Shown piece after piece: positions 1 through 10,137 of a DNA stretch of 64,000 nt. The notes under the pieces are model-generated. The model was not told the origin of the DNA, ran no database searches, and saw nothing but the letters and a program-made list of their open reading frames with translations. This DNA comes from an uncultured Clostridium sp. (GTDB lineage Bacteria > Bacillota > Clostridia > TANB77 > CAG-508): positions 18,728 through 82,727 of the forward strand of contig USHY01000001.1 of the NCBI GenBank assembly GCA_900554635.1, given 5' to 3'. The position numbers and the translations under genes are program-made. The stretch's first letter is position 1. Each line of letters opens with the position of its first letter.

Positions 1-2870
1 ACTATATCACTATTTGCAACATATACTGGTGTTTTATCATGTTCGTATTCAATTTTTCCATTTTCATTTAGTTTTACTTGTGGTATTCTTGTTGTAACAT
101 CATCTTCATTTACTGCTGTTATGAATTTTCTAAGTGCAAGGTCAAAGAATCTTAGTTCTAGTGGTTCATAATCATCATCATCTTCTTGATAAGTACTATT
201 ATCTGCTGGTGGATTGTAGTTTACTGTATCAACATTATCTGGTATAGAGTCTCTGTCTCCTGCATTTATAGTATTTCCTTCTTCATCTATAACCTTGTTT
301 GCTTCTATTTCTGCAATATTTCTTAGTGTTCCATTAAATGAATTATCTGCAAGTACTATACATGTTATTTCAAGTTCTCTATAATATAATCCTGATGTTC
401 CAACTGTTGATTGTTGCCATAAATCTGATGTATCTACATCTGTTGCTGTTGTGTTTTCGTTATAAGCTTTTATGATTTCATCTTCTAATTTTGTTGATGA
501 AATTTTTGCTTTTCCTGCTACTATTTTTACATCACTTAATGATGTTATTCTATTTCCATCAAAATCGCTTAAGCTTAGATTTTTTACTGCACTTTCTGTT
601 GTGTATAGACCATTTGCACCAACTAAGTCTATTGTTGTAGTTGTATTATCTGTTGTTGGAACCCAGAAGTTGTTTGTATTTTCTTTGTAGTCCATAATAT
701 ATCCTAGTCCTTCTGGTAAATAGTCTGCGACTTTTGTTGCATATCCATCTAGTCCGCCTTCATTATATACTCTAATTTTGTATGTTACAATATCACCTTT
801 TCTAACATTTACTGGGTCTTTTGAATGTGTGTATTTGGCTGTTGTTATTTTTTCTCCTGTTGTTGGGTCTATTGTATTTAATTTGCTTGTATCAATTTTT
901 GGTGTTCTGCTTTTTACTGCTACTCCATTTACTTTTGTTATAAATTTTCTAAGGCTTAAATCAAATGGTGCACCTTTTATTACTACTTTGTCAAAGTCGT
1001 CATCGTCTTCTTGTCCTTTGTAGAAATAATCTTTATCAGATAAGTCTGATTTGTTATCACTATTTCCTTTATAATTTTCTAAGTCTGTTGATGTTGTAGG
1101 TAAATTTAAGTTGCTTGGGTCTGAGCTTGAATCTCTATCTGGTGTGTTTTCATATCCTACTTCTGTTGCTTGATATTTCATTGTTGCAATATTTGTTAAC
1201 ACTTTGTCTGCTATACCTTTTACTGCTGTTACCTCACATACTATATTTAATGAATCTGAATCTAGTGTGTTTCCATCAAAACTGTCTAATTCAAATATGA
1301 ATGTATTTGTATCTAATGGCAATATATGTAGTTCTCTTGTTGTAGCATTGTATGTATAAGCATATTTCTTTCCTAATAATTCTGAAGTTGAATAATTTGT
1401 TTTATATTCTATTAGGTCTGGATTATCTGTTGGATTAAAGATTAATCCAGTAGGTAAATAGTCAATTATTTCTGTTACTGCACCTTTAATTTGTCCTTCA
1501 TTATATACAGATATTTTGTAAGTTACTTTATCCCCTGTTTTTACTTCTACAGGATTTTTTCTGTGATTATAATCAGCTGTTGTCCCTGTTGCTAATTTGC
1601 TTGTATCTATGGCTGGTTCTTTTGTATTTATCAATTCTGTTCCATTTACTTTTATTATATTTTTTCTAAGAGCTAAGTCAAATTCTTTAACTTCTTCTTT
1701 ATCAATTTTTATTACTGGTTGTTGATCTGCATCATCTGCAAGCCATAGAGTTGCTATTGTTTTGTATATTTTTTCATAATTACATATTGCTTCTATATTA
1801 ATATCTGTTAAATCATAATCTGTACCCCATAGGTCTTCTGATATTTTTAAATAGAAATCTCCTTGACCAACTGTGTCTTTTACTGTATCTTTAGATTGTA
1901 CCATGTCATCTGGATTATTTACTACAAATACAACTGGTACATCCTCTTGCTTTTCTGGTATTATTTTTCCTTGAGCATCTTTAATGTTTAATTGTAATTC
2001 ATAGTCAACATTTCCTGCTGTTTCTGTAATGCTAAAAGGTCCTACAATTACAAAGCCATCTTTTCTTTGTATTGTCTTTGATGCTGTATTTACATCTACT
2101 TGTGGTTTAACTGGTGTAATTTCTTTGCTTGTAACATAGTCGTTTGCGTGAACTGTTGCTTCACCTATGAAATATTCATAAAGTGTATCTATTTGTCTTG
2201 CTTTTGTTTCACTAAGATTTTCATCATTTATTTTTGTTGCATTACTTAATGTGTTTATATATGCAAGAGAGTTTTTATCTTGGGCAATTCTTTCATCATA
2301 GTTTGTAAAATACCATAAAGCCATTTGTTGAACAAATTCAATATCATCATCAGTTAATTCTGAATTAACTATCTCTGCTTTTCTTAATAATTTTTCTTTC
2401 ATGGCTACACTGTCTGGATGTTCAGGTAAGTACATATTATCTATAATCCATAGAATGCTATTATATTCTGTATCTCTTATTGCGAATCCAATTTCTGTTG
2501 CATAATAGCTCTTAACTTCTGTGCTTTGTGTTTTTAGATTATATTTTTCAGTGTATGTAATGTCATTATCTAATCGATGATTTGCATTTAATCCATTAAT
2601 AGTAGCTGAATTTTCAAATCCTAGTCCACTTCTTACACAATATAAAGCATCATCGTGAACATATGTTGTGCCATTATTTTTAATTATCTTAACTACTGGT
2701 TGTACAGTAGCATCTTGAGCTGTTACTGTATATTTGCTTGAAGTATATGGCCTAATATCAGTTATGTTCAAATCCATTGTACTTGCTGCATATGCGCCAT
2801 TATTTAGAATTGCTAAAATTGCAATCACAAACATTAAAATAATTGATACTTTCAACATTCTTCTTTTCAT
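1..2870 (-). CDS. Large secreted repetitive surface/adhesin protein, N-terminal ~950 aa (gene continues beyond window start)
   Basis: Minus-strand frame open from ATG at 2870..2868 (RBS GGAGAG 5 nt upstream) to the window edge. Not in ORF track because no stop inside window. Signal peptide MKRRMLKVSIILMFVIAILAILNNGAYA. Repeated ~90-aa modules (LRKFITKVNG...TPxIDTSKL...GDxVTYKIxVYNEG) resemble Cna-B/DUF11-type stalk domains of Gram-positive adhesins. Confidence 0.7.
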   Translation of the reverse strand, partial: MKRRMLKVSIILMFVIAILAILNNGAYAASTMDLNITDIRPYTSSKYTVTAQDATVQPVVKIIKNNGTTYVHDDALYCVRSGLGFENSATINGLNANHRLDNDITYTEKYNLKTQSTEVKSYYATEIGFAIRDTEYNSILWIIDNMYLPEHPDSVAMKEKLLRKAEIVNSELTDDDIEFVQQMALWYFTNYDERIAQDKNSLAYINTLSNATKINDENLSETKARQIDTLYEYFIGEATVHANDYVTSKEITPVKPQVDVNTASKTIQRKDGFVIVGPFSITETAGNVDYELQLNIKDAQGKIIPEKQEDVPVVFVVNNPDDMVQSKDTVKDTVGQGDFYLKISEDLWGTDYDLTDINIEAICNYEKIYKTIATLWLADDADQQPVIKIDKEEVKEFDLALRKNIIKVNGTELINTKEPAIDTSKLATGTTADYNHRKNPVEVKTGDKVTYKISVYNEGQIKGAVTEIIDYLPTGLIFNPTDNPDLIEYKTNYSTSELLGKKYAYTYNATTRELHILPLDTNTFIFELDSFDGNTLDSDSLNIVCEVTAVKGIADKVLTNIATMKYQATEVGYENTPDRDSSSDPSNLNLPTTSTDLENYKGNSDNKSDLSDKDYFYKGQEDDDDFDKVVIKGAPFDLSLRKFITKVNGVAVKSRTPKIDTSKLNTIDPTTGEKITTAKYTHSKDPVNVRKGDIVTYKIRVYNEGGLDGYATKVADYLPEGLGYIMDYKENTNNFWVPTTDNTTTTIDLVGANGLYTTESAVKNLSLSDFDGNRITSLSDVKIVAGKAKISSTKLEDEIIKAYNENTTATDVDTSDLWQQSTVGTSGLYYRELEITCIVLADNSFNGTLRNIAEIEANKVIDEEGNTINAGDRDSIPDNVDTVNYNPPADNSTYQEDDDDYEPLELRFFDLALRKFITAVNEDDVTTRIPQVKLNENGKIEYEHDKTPVYVANSDI

Positions 2871-3111
2871 AAAATCTCTCCTTATTTCCTCTTATTATTA
2901 TATATAATTTTTAAAATATGTCAATACCAAAAATCTCCATATTTTCTGAGTCTTAAATTTTTCCTTACGGAAAAGTTTATTTCACAAACTTTTTAATAAA
3001 ATATTACATTTATGTTACAAAATAAAAATCCTCTCTAACTCCTTTATTATACTACAAAAACGCCTAAAATTCAACCATCTTTCATTTATTTCTTTTTATT
3101 ATGTTTATTTT

Positions 3112-3123
3112 TTTTATTTGTTG
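3112..3123 (+). promoter_or_regulatory. Extended -10 promoter element TTGTGGTATAAT upstream of ATP-grasp gene
   Basis: TGgTATAAT extended -10 at 3115-3123, about 65 nt upstream of the ATG at 3191. The same 12-mer recurs at 56819-56830 upstream of the ugtP-like gene. Confidence 0.4.
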
Positions 3124-3190
3124 TGGTATAATAGTAAAATCTTAATTTAAGTAAGATATAAGATATATTTTAAAAAGGAGTTTGAGAAAG

Positions 3191-4201
3191 ATGAATAGCG
3201 ATGAATCGTGCAAAGACAAGTATTTATTAGAAGGATATCCAGATTTGGAAAGTTCCACAGTTGTACTGATTAAGGAGGCAATAAAACACGGGATAAAATT
3301 TGAGGTTATTGATGAAAATCATAGTTTTATTAAGCTTTACAAAGAAAATCATGAAGAATATATAGCACAAGCTACAAAAACAAGTAAAGATTCTTATATT
3401 TTCCCATCAATGGTTACTGATAAAGAATTTTCAAAGAGAATGCTTAGGGCTAATGATATAACTGTCCCAGATGGAATTGTTCTTACTTCAAAAATGACTC
3501 AAGAAGAAAAAGTTTCTTTAGTATCTCAATTTATTAATAAAAATGTAGTTATTAAGCCAAGAACCACAGATTGTGGAGTTGGAATTACAGTATTTGATCA
3601 ACCTGCAACAGAAAAAGAAATTTTAGATGCAATAAACTATGCTTTCCAATTTGATAGTCAAGTTTTAGTTGAAAATTATGCTAAAGGTAGAGAATATAGG
3701 TTTGTTGTAGTAAATGGCAAATGTATTAGTGTTGTTTATAGGAGAAGCGCTAGCGTTGTTGGTGATGGCAAAAAAACAATAAGAGAATTAATGGCTGATA
3801 AAGATAGAGAACCTTGGCATTACATATTGAAAAATCCAATGGTTATAGATGAACCTTTAAAAATCTTTTTAAACAATCAAAATCTAACATTAGATTCCAT
3901 TCCAAATAGTGGAGAACGTATATTCTTAAGAAGAAATTCTAACTGTTCAACTGGTGGTGAAAGTGTTGATATGACTGATATTATGCCTGATTCTTTTAAA
4001 TTAATTGCTGAAAAAGCTTCTGAAATTTTTGGAGCAAAAATCTGTGGTGTTGATATTTTAATTGATGACTTGAATAAGCCTGAATATTCAATAGTGGAAA
4101 TAAATGACAATCCTGGAATTTGCATAAATGAGTGGCCTTATGAAGGGCATGGTGAAAAAGTAGGCTTAGAAATTTTAAAAGTTTTAGGATTTATTGAATA
4201 A
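3191..4201 (+). CDS. ATP-grasp domain protein (RimK/cyanophycin-synthetase-like ligase)
   Basis: ORF 3182-4201. Preferred start is ATG 3191, with AAGGAG 10 nt upstream. ATP-grasp signatures: a central glycine-rich region and a C-terminal E-x-N motif (VEINDNPG). Confidence 0.6.
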   Translation: MNSDESCKDKYLLEGYPDLESSTVVLIKEAIKHGIKFEVIDENHSFIKLYKENHEEYIAQATKTSKDSYIFPSMVTDKEFSKRMLRANDITVPDGIVLTSKMTQEEKVSLVSQFINKNVVIKPRTTDCGVGITVFDQPATEKEILDAINYAFQFDSQVLVENYAKGREYRFVVVNGKCISVVYRRSASVVGDGKKTIRELMADKDREPWHYILKNPMVIDEPLKIFLNNQNLTLDSIPNSGERIFLRRNSNCSTGGESVDMTDIMPDSFKLIAEKASEIFGAKICGVDILIDDLNKPEYSIVEINDNPGICINEWPYEGHGEKVGLEILKVLGFIE

Positions 4202-4204
4202 AAA

Positions 4205-4229
4205 AATGAGCCAAACGGCTCATTTTTTT
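4205..4229 (+). terminator. Rho-independent terminator of ATP-grasp gene
   Basis: Hairpin tgagcc-aaac-ggctca followed by a T7 run immediately after stop codon. Confidence 0.6.
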
Positions 4230-4304
4230 GGTGCACCATCACGGATTTGAACCGTGGACCTTGGCATTAAGAGTGCCCTGCTCTACCAACTAAGCTAATG
4301 GTGC
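4229..4304 (-). tRNA. tRNA-Lys (anticodon CUU by hand folding)
   Basis: Reverse complement GCACCATTAGCTTAGTTGGTAGAGCAGGGCACTCTTAATGCCAAGGTCCACGGTTCAAATCCGTGATGGTGCACCA. Cloverleaf with T-loop GTTCAAATCC, encoded CCA, anticodon loop CTCTTAA. Confidence 0.6.
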
Positions 4305-4331
4305 ATGTCCTTTACAAAACAAAAAATTAAT

Positions 4332-4406
4332 TGGAGGCGACACCCGGATTTGAACCGGGGAATCAGAGTTTTGCAGACTCGTGCCTTACCACTTGGCTAT
4401 GTCGCC
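4332..4406 (-). tRNA. tRNA-Cys (GCA)
   Basis: Reverse complement GGCGACATAGCCAAGTGGTAAGGCACGAGTCTGCAAAACTCTGATTCCCCGGTTCAAATCCGGGTGTCGCCTCCA. Anticodon loop CTGCAAA. Confidence 0.75.
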
Positions 4407-4465
4407 GTATATTTCATTATATGCTTATAATGCAAAAAAGATTACACTATATAATAAAAAAATTT

Positions 4466-4541
4466 TGGAGCGGAAGACGGGGCTCAAACCCGCGACCTAT
4501 GCCTTGGCAAGGCATCGCTCTATCAACTGAGCTACTTCCGC
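4466..4541 (-). tRNA. tRNA-Gly (GCC)
   Basis: Reverse complement GCGGAAGTAGCTCAGTTGATAGAGCGATGCCTTGCCAAGGCATAGGTCGCGGGTTTGAGCCCCGTCTTCCGCTCCA. Anticodon loop TTGCCAA. Confidence 0.75.
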
Positions 4542-4603
4542 ATCTTTCCCATTTGAAACATTACTATAATACCAAAATTAAAATAAAAAGTCAATACTTT
4601 AGC

Positions 4604-4638
4604 CAAAAAAAATATAAAAAGTGGGGAATTCTCCCCAC
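4604..4638 (-). terminator. Rho-independent terminator of hypothetical gene 4646-5062
   Basis: In minus sense, hairpin GTGGGGAGAATTCCCCAC followed by TTTTTATATTTTTTTT directly after the stop. Confidence 0.6.
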
Positions 4639-4645
4639 ACTTTTG

Positions 4646-5062
4646 TCAATACTTGTTTTTCCTTTTGTCTAAGCTTCTCCAGAAAGGACTATCATGCTTC
4701 CAGCTTTGGCTACAAGTTCTTGCCTTGTCACGCTCATTTTTTGCCTGAACCATCCTTTCATGGTTCTCCCTTTTAGTTTCCTGATATCTAGGGTCGTTCC
4801 ATATACTTCTTTCAAGTTCCTCAAAAAATGGGTTGTCTCGGTAATTGTCTGTCCTTACAATATTGTCTTCGGCGCATATACGAATTGCTTTTTGAATAAT
4901 ACTCCATATCGATAGATTTGAATAATCATCCTGTAAGCAAATCGCCTTGACCGAGTCCACAGTAAGCCCAAGCTCGTGTGCCTCATCATCCTGAATGAAT
5001 CCGATTACGATGGTATTACCATCGCTGTCTTTCTGGTATCTTTTACCAAACCGTAATGACAT
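4646..5062 (-). CDS. Hypothetical protein, GC-atypical (~42% GC vs ~27% background)
   Basis: 138-aa ORF with strong RBS AGGAGGA 9 nt upstream of ATG. Acidic/charged, no recognisable motif. Sits directly beside a tRNA cluster. Confidence 0.55.
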   Translation of the reverse strand: MSLRFGKRYQKDSDGNTIVIGFIQDDEAHELGLTVDSVKAICLQDDYSNLSIWSIIQKAIRICAEDNIVRTDNYRDNPFFEELERSIWNDPRYQETKRENHERMVQAKNERDKARTCSQSWKHDSPFWRSLDKRKNKY

Positions 5063-5132
5063 ATATTATATCCTCCTTCAAAAGATATACTTAGATTATA
5101 GCACTTTTCTAGCTACTGTTCAAGTTTATAAA

Positions 5133-5720
5133 CTATTCAAAATCTTCTATGGCTTGGCTTAAATTTTTATTTCCATACACTTTTATCCCCTGACTTAATT
5201 GTTCAAGATCAATTTCTGATAAATATTTTGTTTGAATTCCTGTTTCCTTAACAGTTTCCCTGATTTTTCCTTGTTTGTCCAATTTATATACAATTATCTC
5301 CCCTTCAACATCTTTTAAAACATAATGTTCATCACAATAGTCATTTATTTCTTTATATACCACTATTTCATTTGGAGTAAACCTTTGAATTTCCCAGCCT
5401 ATATATTCAATTCGAAATTCTGATTCTGTTTTATTTACCAATTTATTTGTAATTTTTTGTTCCTCTTGAACTAAATGCTTACAATCATTATAATACTTCT
5501 TTTCAATTATTTTAGTATTTGGCGTAGTTTTATTTTCACTACTAGCTGTTTCTTTTATTATTTCTTCGGCTTTTTTTATTACATTCTTGCTTTGTTCATT
5601 ATTATATTCTGTTTCAAAAGCTATTTTTTCATTAACATTTTTTAGTTTGTGCACATATAACCCTATTATAAAGCTTGCTACCAATGCTAAAATAAGTGCC
5701 AAAACAATATATTTTCTCAT
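5133..5720 (-). CDS. Hypothetical membrane-anchored protein (single N-terminal TM helix)
   Basis: ORF 5133-5747. Internal ATG 5720 (MRKYIVLALILALVASFIIGLYV) preferred, with RBS AAAGGTGA. No motif recognised. Confidence 0.5.
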   Translation of the reverse strand: MRKYIVLALILALVASFIIGLYVHKLKNVNEKIAFETEYNNEQSKNVIKKAEEIIKETASSENKTTPNTKIIEKKYYNDCKHLVQEEQKITNKLVNKTESEFRIEYIGWEIQRFTPNEIVVYKEINDYCDEHYVLKDVEGEIIVYKLDKQGKIRETVKETGIQTKYLSEIDLEQLSQGIKVYGNKNLSQAIEDFE

Positions 5721-5767
5721 AATCATCACCTTTTTTAGCATAACCAAATATTACATAATTATACTTT

Positions 5768-8054
5768 TTAATATTTTTTTGTTTTTACCTTCATTCTTCC
5801 AATTTTGTTTACAATTATTGTAATCTCTCCACATAAATCCGTTCTGTAAACCGTACTTCCGTAGCTTTCCAGAGTCTTTAATGTTTCTTCATTTGGATGC
5901 CCAAATTTATTATTTTGCCCGACTCCTATTACAGAAATTTTAGGGTTTATTTGTTTAATAAACTCTTCTGTTGAAGAAGTTTTTGAACCATGATGCCCAA
6001 CTTTTAGTATTGTTGATTTCAAAACTGAACTTTCGTATTTGGAAATTATTTTGTTCTCACTAATCGCTTCAATATCTCCTGTAAATAGCATTGAAAAATT
6101 TCCATATTCTAATTTTGCAACAATTGAATTATTATTTAGCGGATTTTCTTTAACAAGTTCTTCTTCCGGCCATAAAATTTTAAATTTAGTTTGTTTATCT
6201 ATAATTATCTCATCTCCTGCTTTCACTACAACTATTTTAACTTTTCTATTCTTTGCCATTTTAATTATTTTTTGAAATTCATCGCTATTTTCTGCCTGTT
6301 TACTTATTATTAATCTTTTTACATTTAAGCTAGATAATATCTCTGTTGCATTTTTACAATGGTCAGAATCGAAGTGAGATAACATCAAATAATCTATTGT
6401 TTTAATTTTTCTATCAAGTAAGTATTTAACAACAACATTCTCCTGTTCTCCAGTATCTACCATTATTGTTTTGTTACTAGGTGTTTTTATTAATGTACAA
6501 TCACCGTTGTCCAACATCTACTAAATGAACTGTAAATTTCTTTGGATAGAAATTTACTGCTGTGCACACCATTGCTGTAACTAAAACCAAGAGAATTACT
6601 TTCTTAGTTTTCATATTTCTAGCAATACCCAAAACAACAAAATAATATTCTATAATCAAAATTACGCTAGGGGTAATTGTGTAAATACTTGAAAAAGGAA
6701 GTTTTGCTGTGTATTTAGCAATATTTATTAATATTAGAACTAGGATTTTTAATATTTTACTAAGCACAATCCCTACAGGGTGAATTATTATTGTAGAAAG
6801 CAGTGTTATATATCCCAAAAAAATAATTCCACCTGCAAGTGGCACAGCTATTATATTTGCTATAAAAAACCAAGGGGTTATAACATTAAACTTAAGTAAT
6901 GTAATTGGAAGTACCATTATTTGTGCAGATATAGTAATTGAAAGCATTGTTGAAATTTTGTTACACATATATTTATTTAAAATTTTTTCTACTCTTTTGT
7001 TTAGAATTACTATTCCTATTGTTCCTAAGTATGAAAGTTGTAATCCTACATCATTTATGGCAAATGGATTTAAAGTAAGAATGATTATTAAGGAAACTGC
7101 AATTGAATTCAATGTATCTGATTTTCTATATATAACTTTAGCAAATAGCATTATTATACCCATTATTGATGCTCTTACCACTGATGGGGTAAAACCTGTA
7201 ATAAACATAAATACAAAAAGCATCAGCATGGTAATTATATTTGATAACCTTTTGGGTGTTTTACTTTTCGCTAAAATATATGTTATTCCAATTACTATAT
7301 AAGAAACATGTGTACCAGATATTGCTAAAATATGTGAAATGCTTGCTTTGCTAAAGTTACTTGTTATTTCTTCTGAAATATCGCTTTTTTCTCCTATTAA
7401 TATTCCAGTAACTAGGTTTCCTTCATCTCCTGGCAATAGTTCTAGTGTTGTTTTAATTATTTTGTTTCTTATTGCATTACTGCATTTTAAAAAAATATTT
7501 ACATTCATATTTTTTAAAATCTGTACTTTTTGAGATTTAATTGAACCATATATTTTCTTTGTTTTTAAGTATTCTTTATAATCAAAGCCTCTAAAATTTC
7601 TTGATTCCTCTGGCTTTGAATATGTTCCTTCAATATTAATGTACATACCATATTGTAATTTTGGTGAGCTATTTTTCTTTACATATAATATAAATTTTTT
7701 ATTCTTGATTTTCACATTATAAGCATAGTAATAATCTGTTTCACTTGCTTCACTAATTACTGTAGCATTTTGATTTAGTTTTTCTGGAATTTTTGTGTAA
7801 GATTTTTCGAATCTTTGATTTATGAAATTAAAATATAGATTTGAAATTATTAAAGATATAAATAATATTTGAATAGTCTTTTTTCTTTTCAACAGAAAAA
7901 AGAAAGTTTTTCGTTTATTTTTAATAAATTGAAATAGTAAAATTAATAAAACAATAGCTATTGTAGCCACACCCCATTTGGGGTATAGCCCAGCTATTAT
8001 TCCAGCTACCATTCCAATAACTATGGTAATTGCTGGGCGCTTAATATTTATCAC
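5768..8054 (-). pseudogene. comEC: DNA internalisation competence protein ComEC/Rec2, split by +1 frameshift
   Basis: ORF 6501-8054 is the ComEC membrane/competence domain and ends ...HLVDVGQR*. ORF 5768-6517 is the metallo-beta-lactamase domain (HFDSDH...GHHGS). Deleting one C in caaCggtgat (plus 6503-6509) gives the canonical VDVGQGDCTLI junction. Confidence 0.8.
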
Positions 8055-8057
8055 CTT

Positions 8058-8937
8058 CTATTTTGTTGCTAAATTTTTATAGATATATCCTTCATATATA
8101 GTTCCATCAATGCCTGTATATGTTATTTTATACCAATCTTCTGTTTCTGCTGTTATTGTAAAAGATGTATCTTTTGTTAATGTAGTTACAATCTCAGAAC
8201 TTGTTGATGCCTGTTTTCTAATGTTTGCATAATCTACTGCTACAAATCCTTTTTGATTATCAACTGCAGTTTCTCCCATTCCAGAATTATCTCTTACTTC
8301 TGGTGTTGTAGGTGTTTCAGGCTCAGTAACAGTAGGTGTTGTAGGTTCTTCTGGTTTTTCTTCTGGAACTTGAGTATTTGGTTCTTCCGTATTTGGTTTT
8401 TCCTCTGTTTCTCCTGCTACATTGCTTGGCTGTTGTTCCCCGCCTTTAATTCCATAGGTTCTAACCCATCCTTGAATATCACCTGCCATAATATATGTCC
8501 AATTAGTAATTTCTTTTACCACTGTAAACTCAGTACTAGAATCAATTTCTGCAATAACACTTGAAGAAATTACAGGAATCATATACACTTTAAGTTTTCC
8601 ATTCACCTTAACTCCGCTCATTCTCTGCAGGTTTTGTTTCATCTGGCACCTCTGGTTTTTCTGGCTTCTGAATTTCAGGAACATTCACAACATACTCCTT
8701 AAACAAATACCCCTCTTGTCCATTCATCCTAACCTTATACCATTCACCACTTTCCTCAACCACTTCAACCTCAGTCTTATCTGGAACAGTAGCCAAAGGA
8801 GCCCCAGTCTTACTTGCCTCACTCCTCAAAACTAAACCACTTGGAGCATTTACTGTTCCCGTTACTGCAACTACAGCAGGACCAAAAACTAAAGTTATCA
8901 CTAATATTAATAAAGAAATTGTTCCAAATCTTCTCAT
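8058..8937 (-). pseudogene. Secreted protein with three bacterial SH3 (SH3b) domains, split by +1 frameshift
   Basis: ORFs 8608-8937 (signal peptide plus SH3b-1, RBS GGGGAG) and 8058-8684 (SH3b-2, Pro/Thr/Glu linker, SH3b-3). Removing the C in gagCggagtt (plus ~8612-8619) fuses them as ...KPAENEGVKVNGKLKV... Confidence 0.7.
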
Positions 8938-8965
8938 AACAAAATCTCCCCTTTTATGGGGAGAT
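8938..8965 (-). terminator. Hairpin ATCTCCCC-TTTTAT-GGGGAGAT (terminator of AI-2E gene; its downstream arm is the SH3b-gene RBS)
   Basis: Perfect 8-bp stem. In minus sense it is followed by TTTGTT and then ATG of the SH3b gene. Confidence 0.4.
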
Positions 8966-9024
8966 TATATAATTTTCTACAAGATTTGTCAAGTATTTCT
9001 AAATTGTCAAATTTATGGAAAATT

Positions 9025-10137
9025 TTAGGTCTTTTTCTCATTTCTTTCTATATAATCATCTATCATCATTTTAATTACTGCAATTACAGGCACTCCTAGG
9101 AACATTCCTAGTACTCCAAAGTAGGCTCCTCCTACTGTTATTGAGAAGATGATTAGAATTTTGCTTATTTCTAGGGCATCTTTTAGTATTTTTGGATTTA
9201 TTATGTTGGCATCTATTTGTTGTAGTACTATTAGTACAATTGCTACCCATATTGCTTGTGTAAATCCACCTGTGAAGATTGTTATTAGACAAGCTACCAT
9301 TACTGCTATTATAGCTCCAAAATATGGAATTAAGTTAAATAGTCCAATTAAGAATCCAAGTAGCAATGAGTATTTCACTCCCATTATTGATAATGCTATT
9401 GACATTACAATTGCAACTACTATTGCATCTAACACTTGACCTGATATATATTTAAAAAATATCTCATTTCCTTTTTCAAAGTATCTATTTATTGTTGCAC
9501 ATTTCTTCTCACTAAATATACTACTATTTAATCTTTTTATAAATTTAATTATTTCTGTTCTCTCTAATAATATATATATTGAAACCACTGTTGTTACAAA
9601 TATGCTAAATATACCACTTGCTATGCCTATTACCTTTTCTAGGTACATAGTTAAATTATCAAGATCTAAAATTTTAGCTATATCTATTTGTTGTAATTTT
9701 GCTATAGCATTTTGTACAATATCATTTCTAAGGAAATTGTCTTCTGGTAATTCATTTATGTATGTTATAGCATTTTCATAATATCCTGGCAAATGTGCTG
9801 CTAAATCAATTATACTATCAGATAGCATTGGTATTAATATTTTCATTAATAATGCAACAATTAAAACAACTAATATGTATGTTGTTGCAACTGCTAAACC
9901 TCTTGCTTTTTTCTTTAACTTTTTATTTTTACTATATATCTTTTCTATTTTCCTACTAGGAATATAAAGTAAATATGCAAGTAAAATTGCCATTAAGAAT
10001 GGTTTTATTACCTTTATTAGACCACTTACCCATTCTCCAATTCCTGTAAAATTATCTAGTACTTTATATACAATTACTATTGTAACGCACAATGTGAACC
10101 AATAAAACCATTTTGTACCGCTTCTAAAATTTTTCAT
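9025..10137 (-). CDS. AI-2E family transporter (PerM/YhhT-like permease)
   Basis: Polytopic membrane protein. ORF runs to 10170, but ATG 10137 (MKNFRSG) overlaps xth stop as ATGA, with GGAGGA 5 nt upstream. Confidence 0.75.
   Translation of the reverse strand: MKNFRSGTKWFYWFTLCVTIVIVYKVLDNFTGIGEWVSGLIKVIKPFLMAILLAYLLYIPSRKIEKIYSKNKKLKKKARGLAVATTYILVVLIVALLMKILIPMLSDSIIDLAAHLPGYYENAITYINELPEDNFLRNDIVQNAIAKLQQIDIAKILDLDNLTMYLEKVIGIASGIFSIFVTTVVSIYILLERTEIIKFIKRLNSSIFSEKKCATINRYFEKGNEIFFKYISGQVLDAIVVAIVMSIALSIMGVKYSLLLGFLIGLFNLIPYFGAIIAVMVACLITIFTGGFTQAIWVAIVLIVLQQIDANIINPKILKDALEISKILIIFSITVGGAYFGVLGMFLGVPVIAVIKMMIDDYIERNEKKT

Noticed and set aside
4331-4672. Plus-strand ORF 4331-4672 (113 aa)
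   Set aside because: It runs straight through tRNA-Cys and tRNA-Gly on the opposite strand, so it is spurious.
8608-8684. Two separate, overlapping SH3b genes with ATG 8621 as the second start
   Set aside because: It is possible, but the second start lacks an RBS. The same C-before-GGA lesion fuses the two ORFs into a coherent three-SH3b protein, so a single disrupted gene is favoured.
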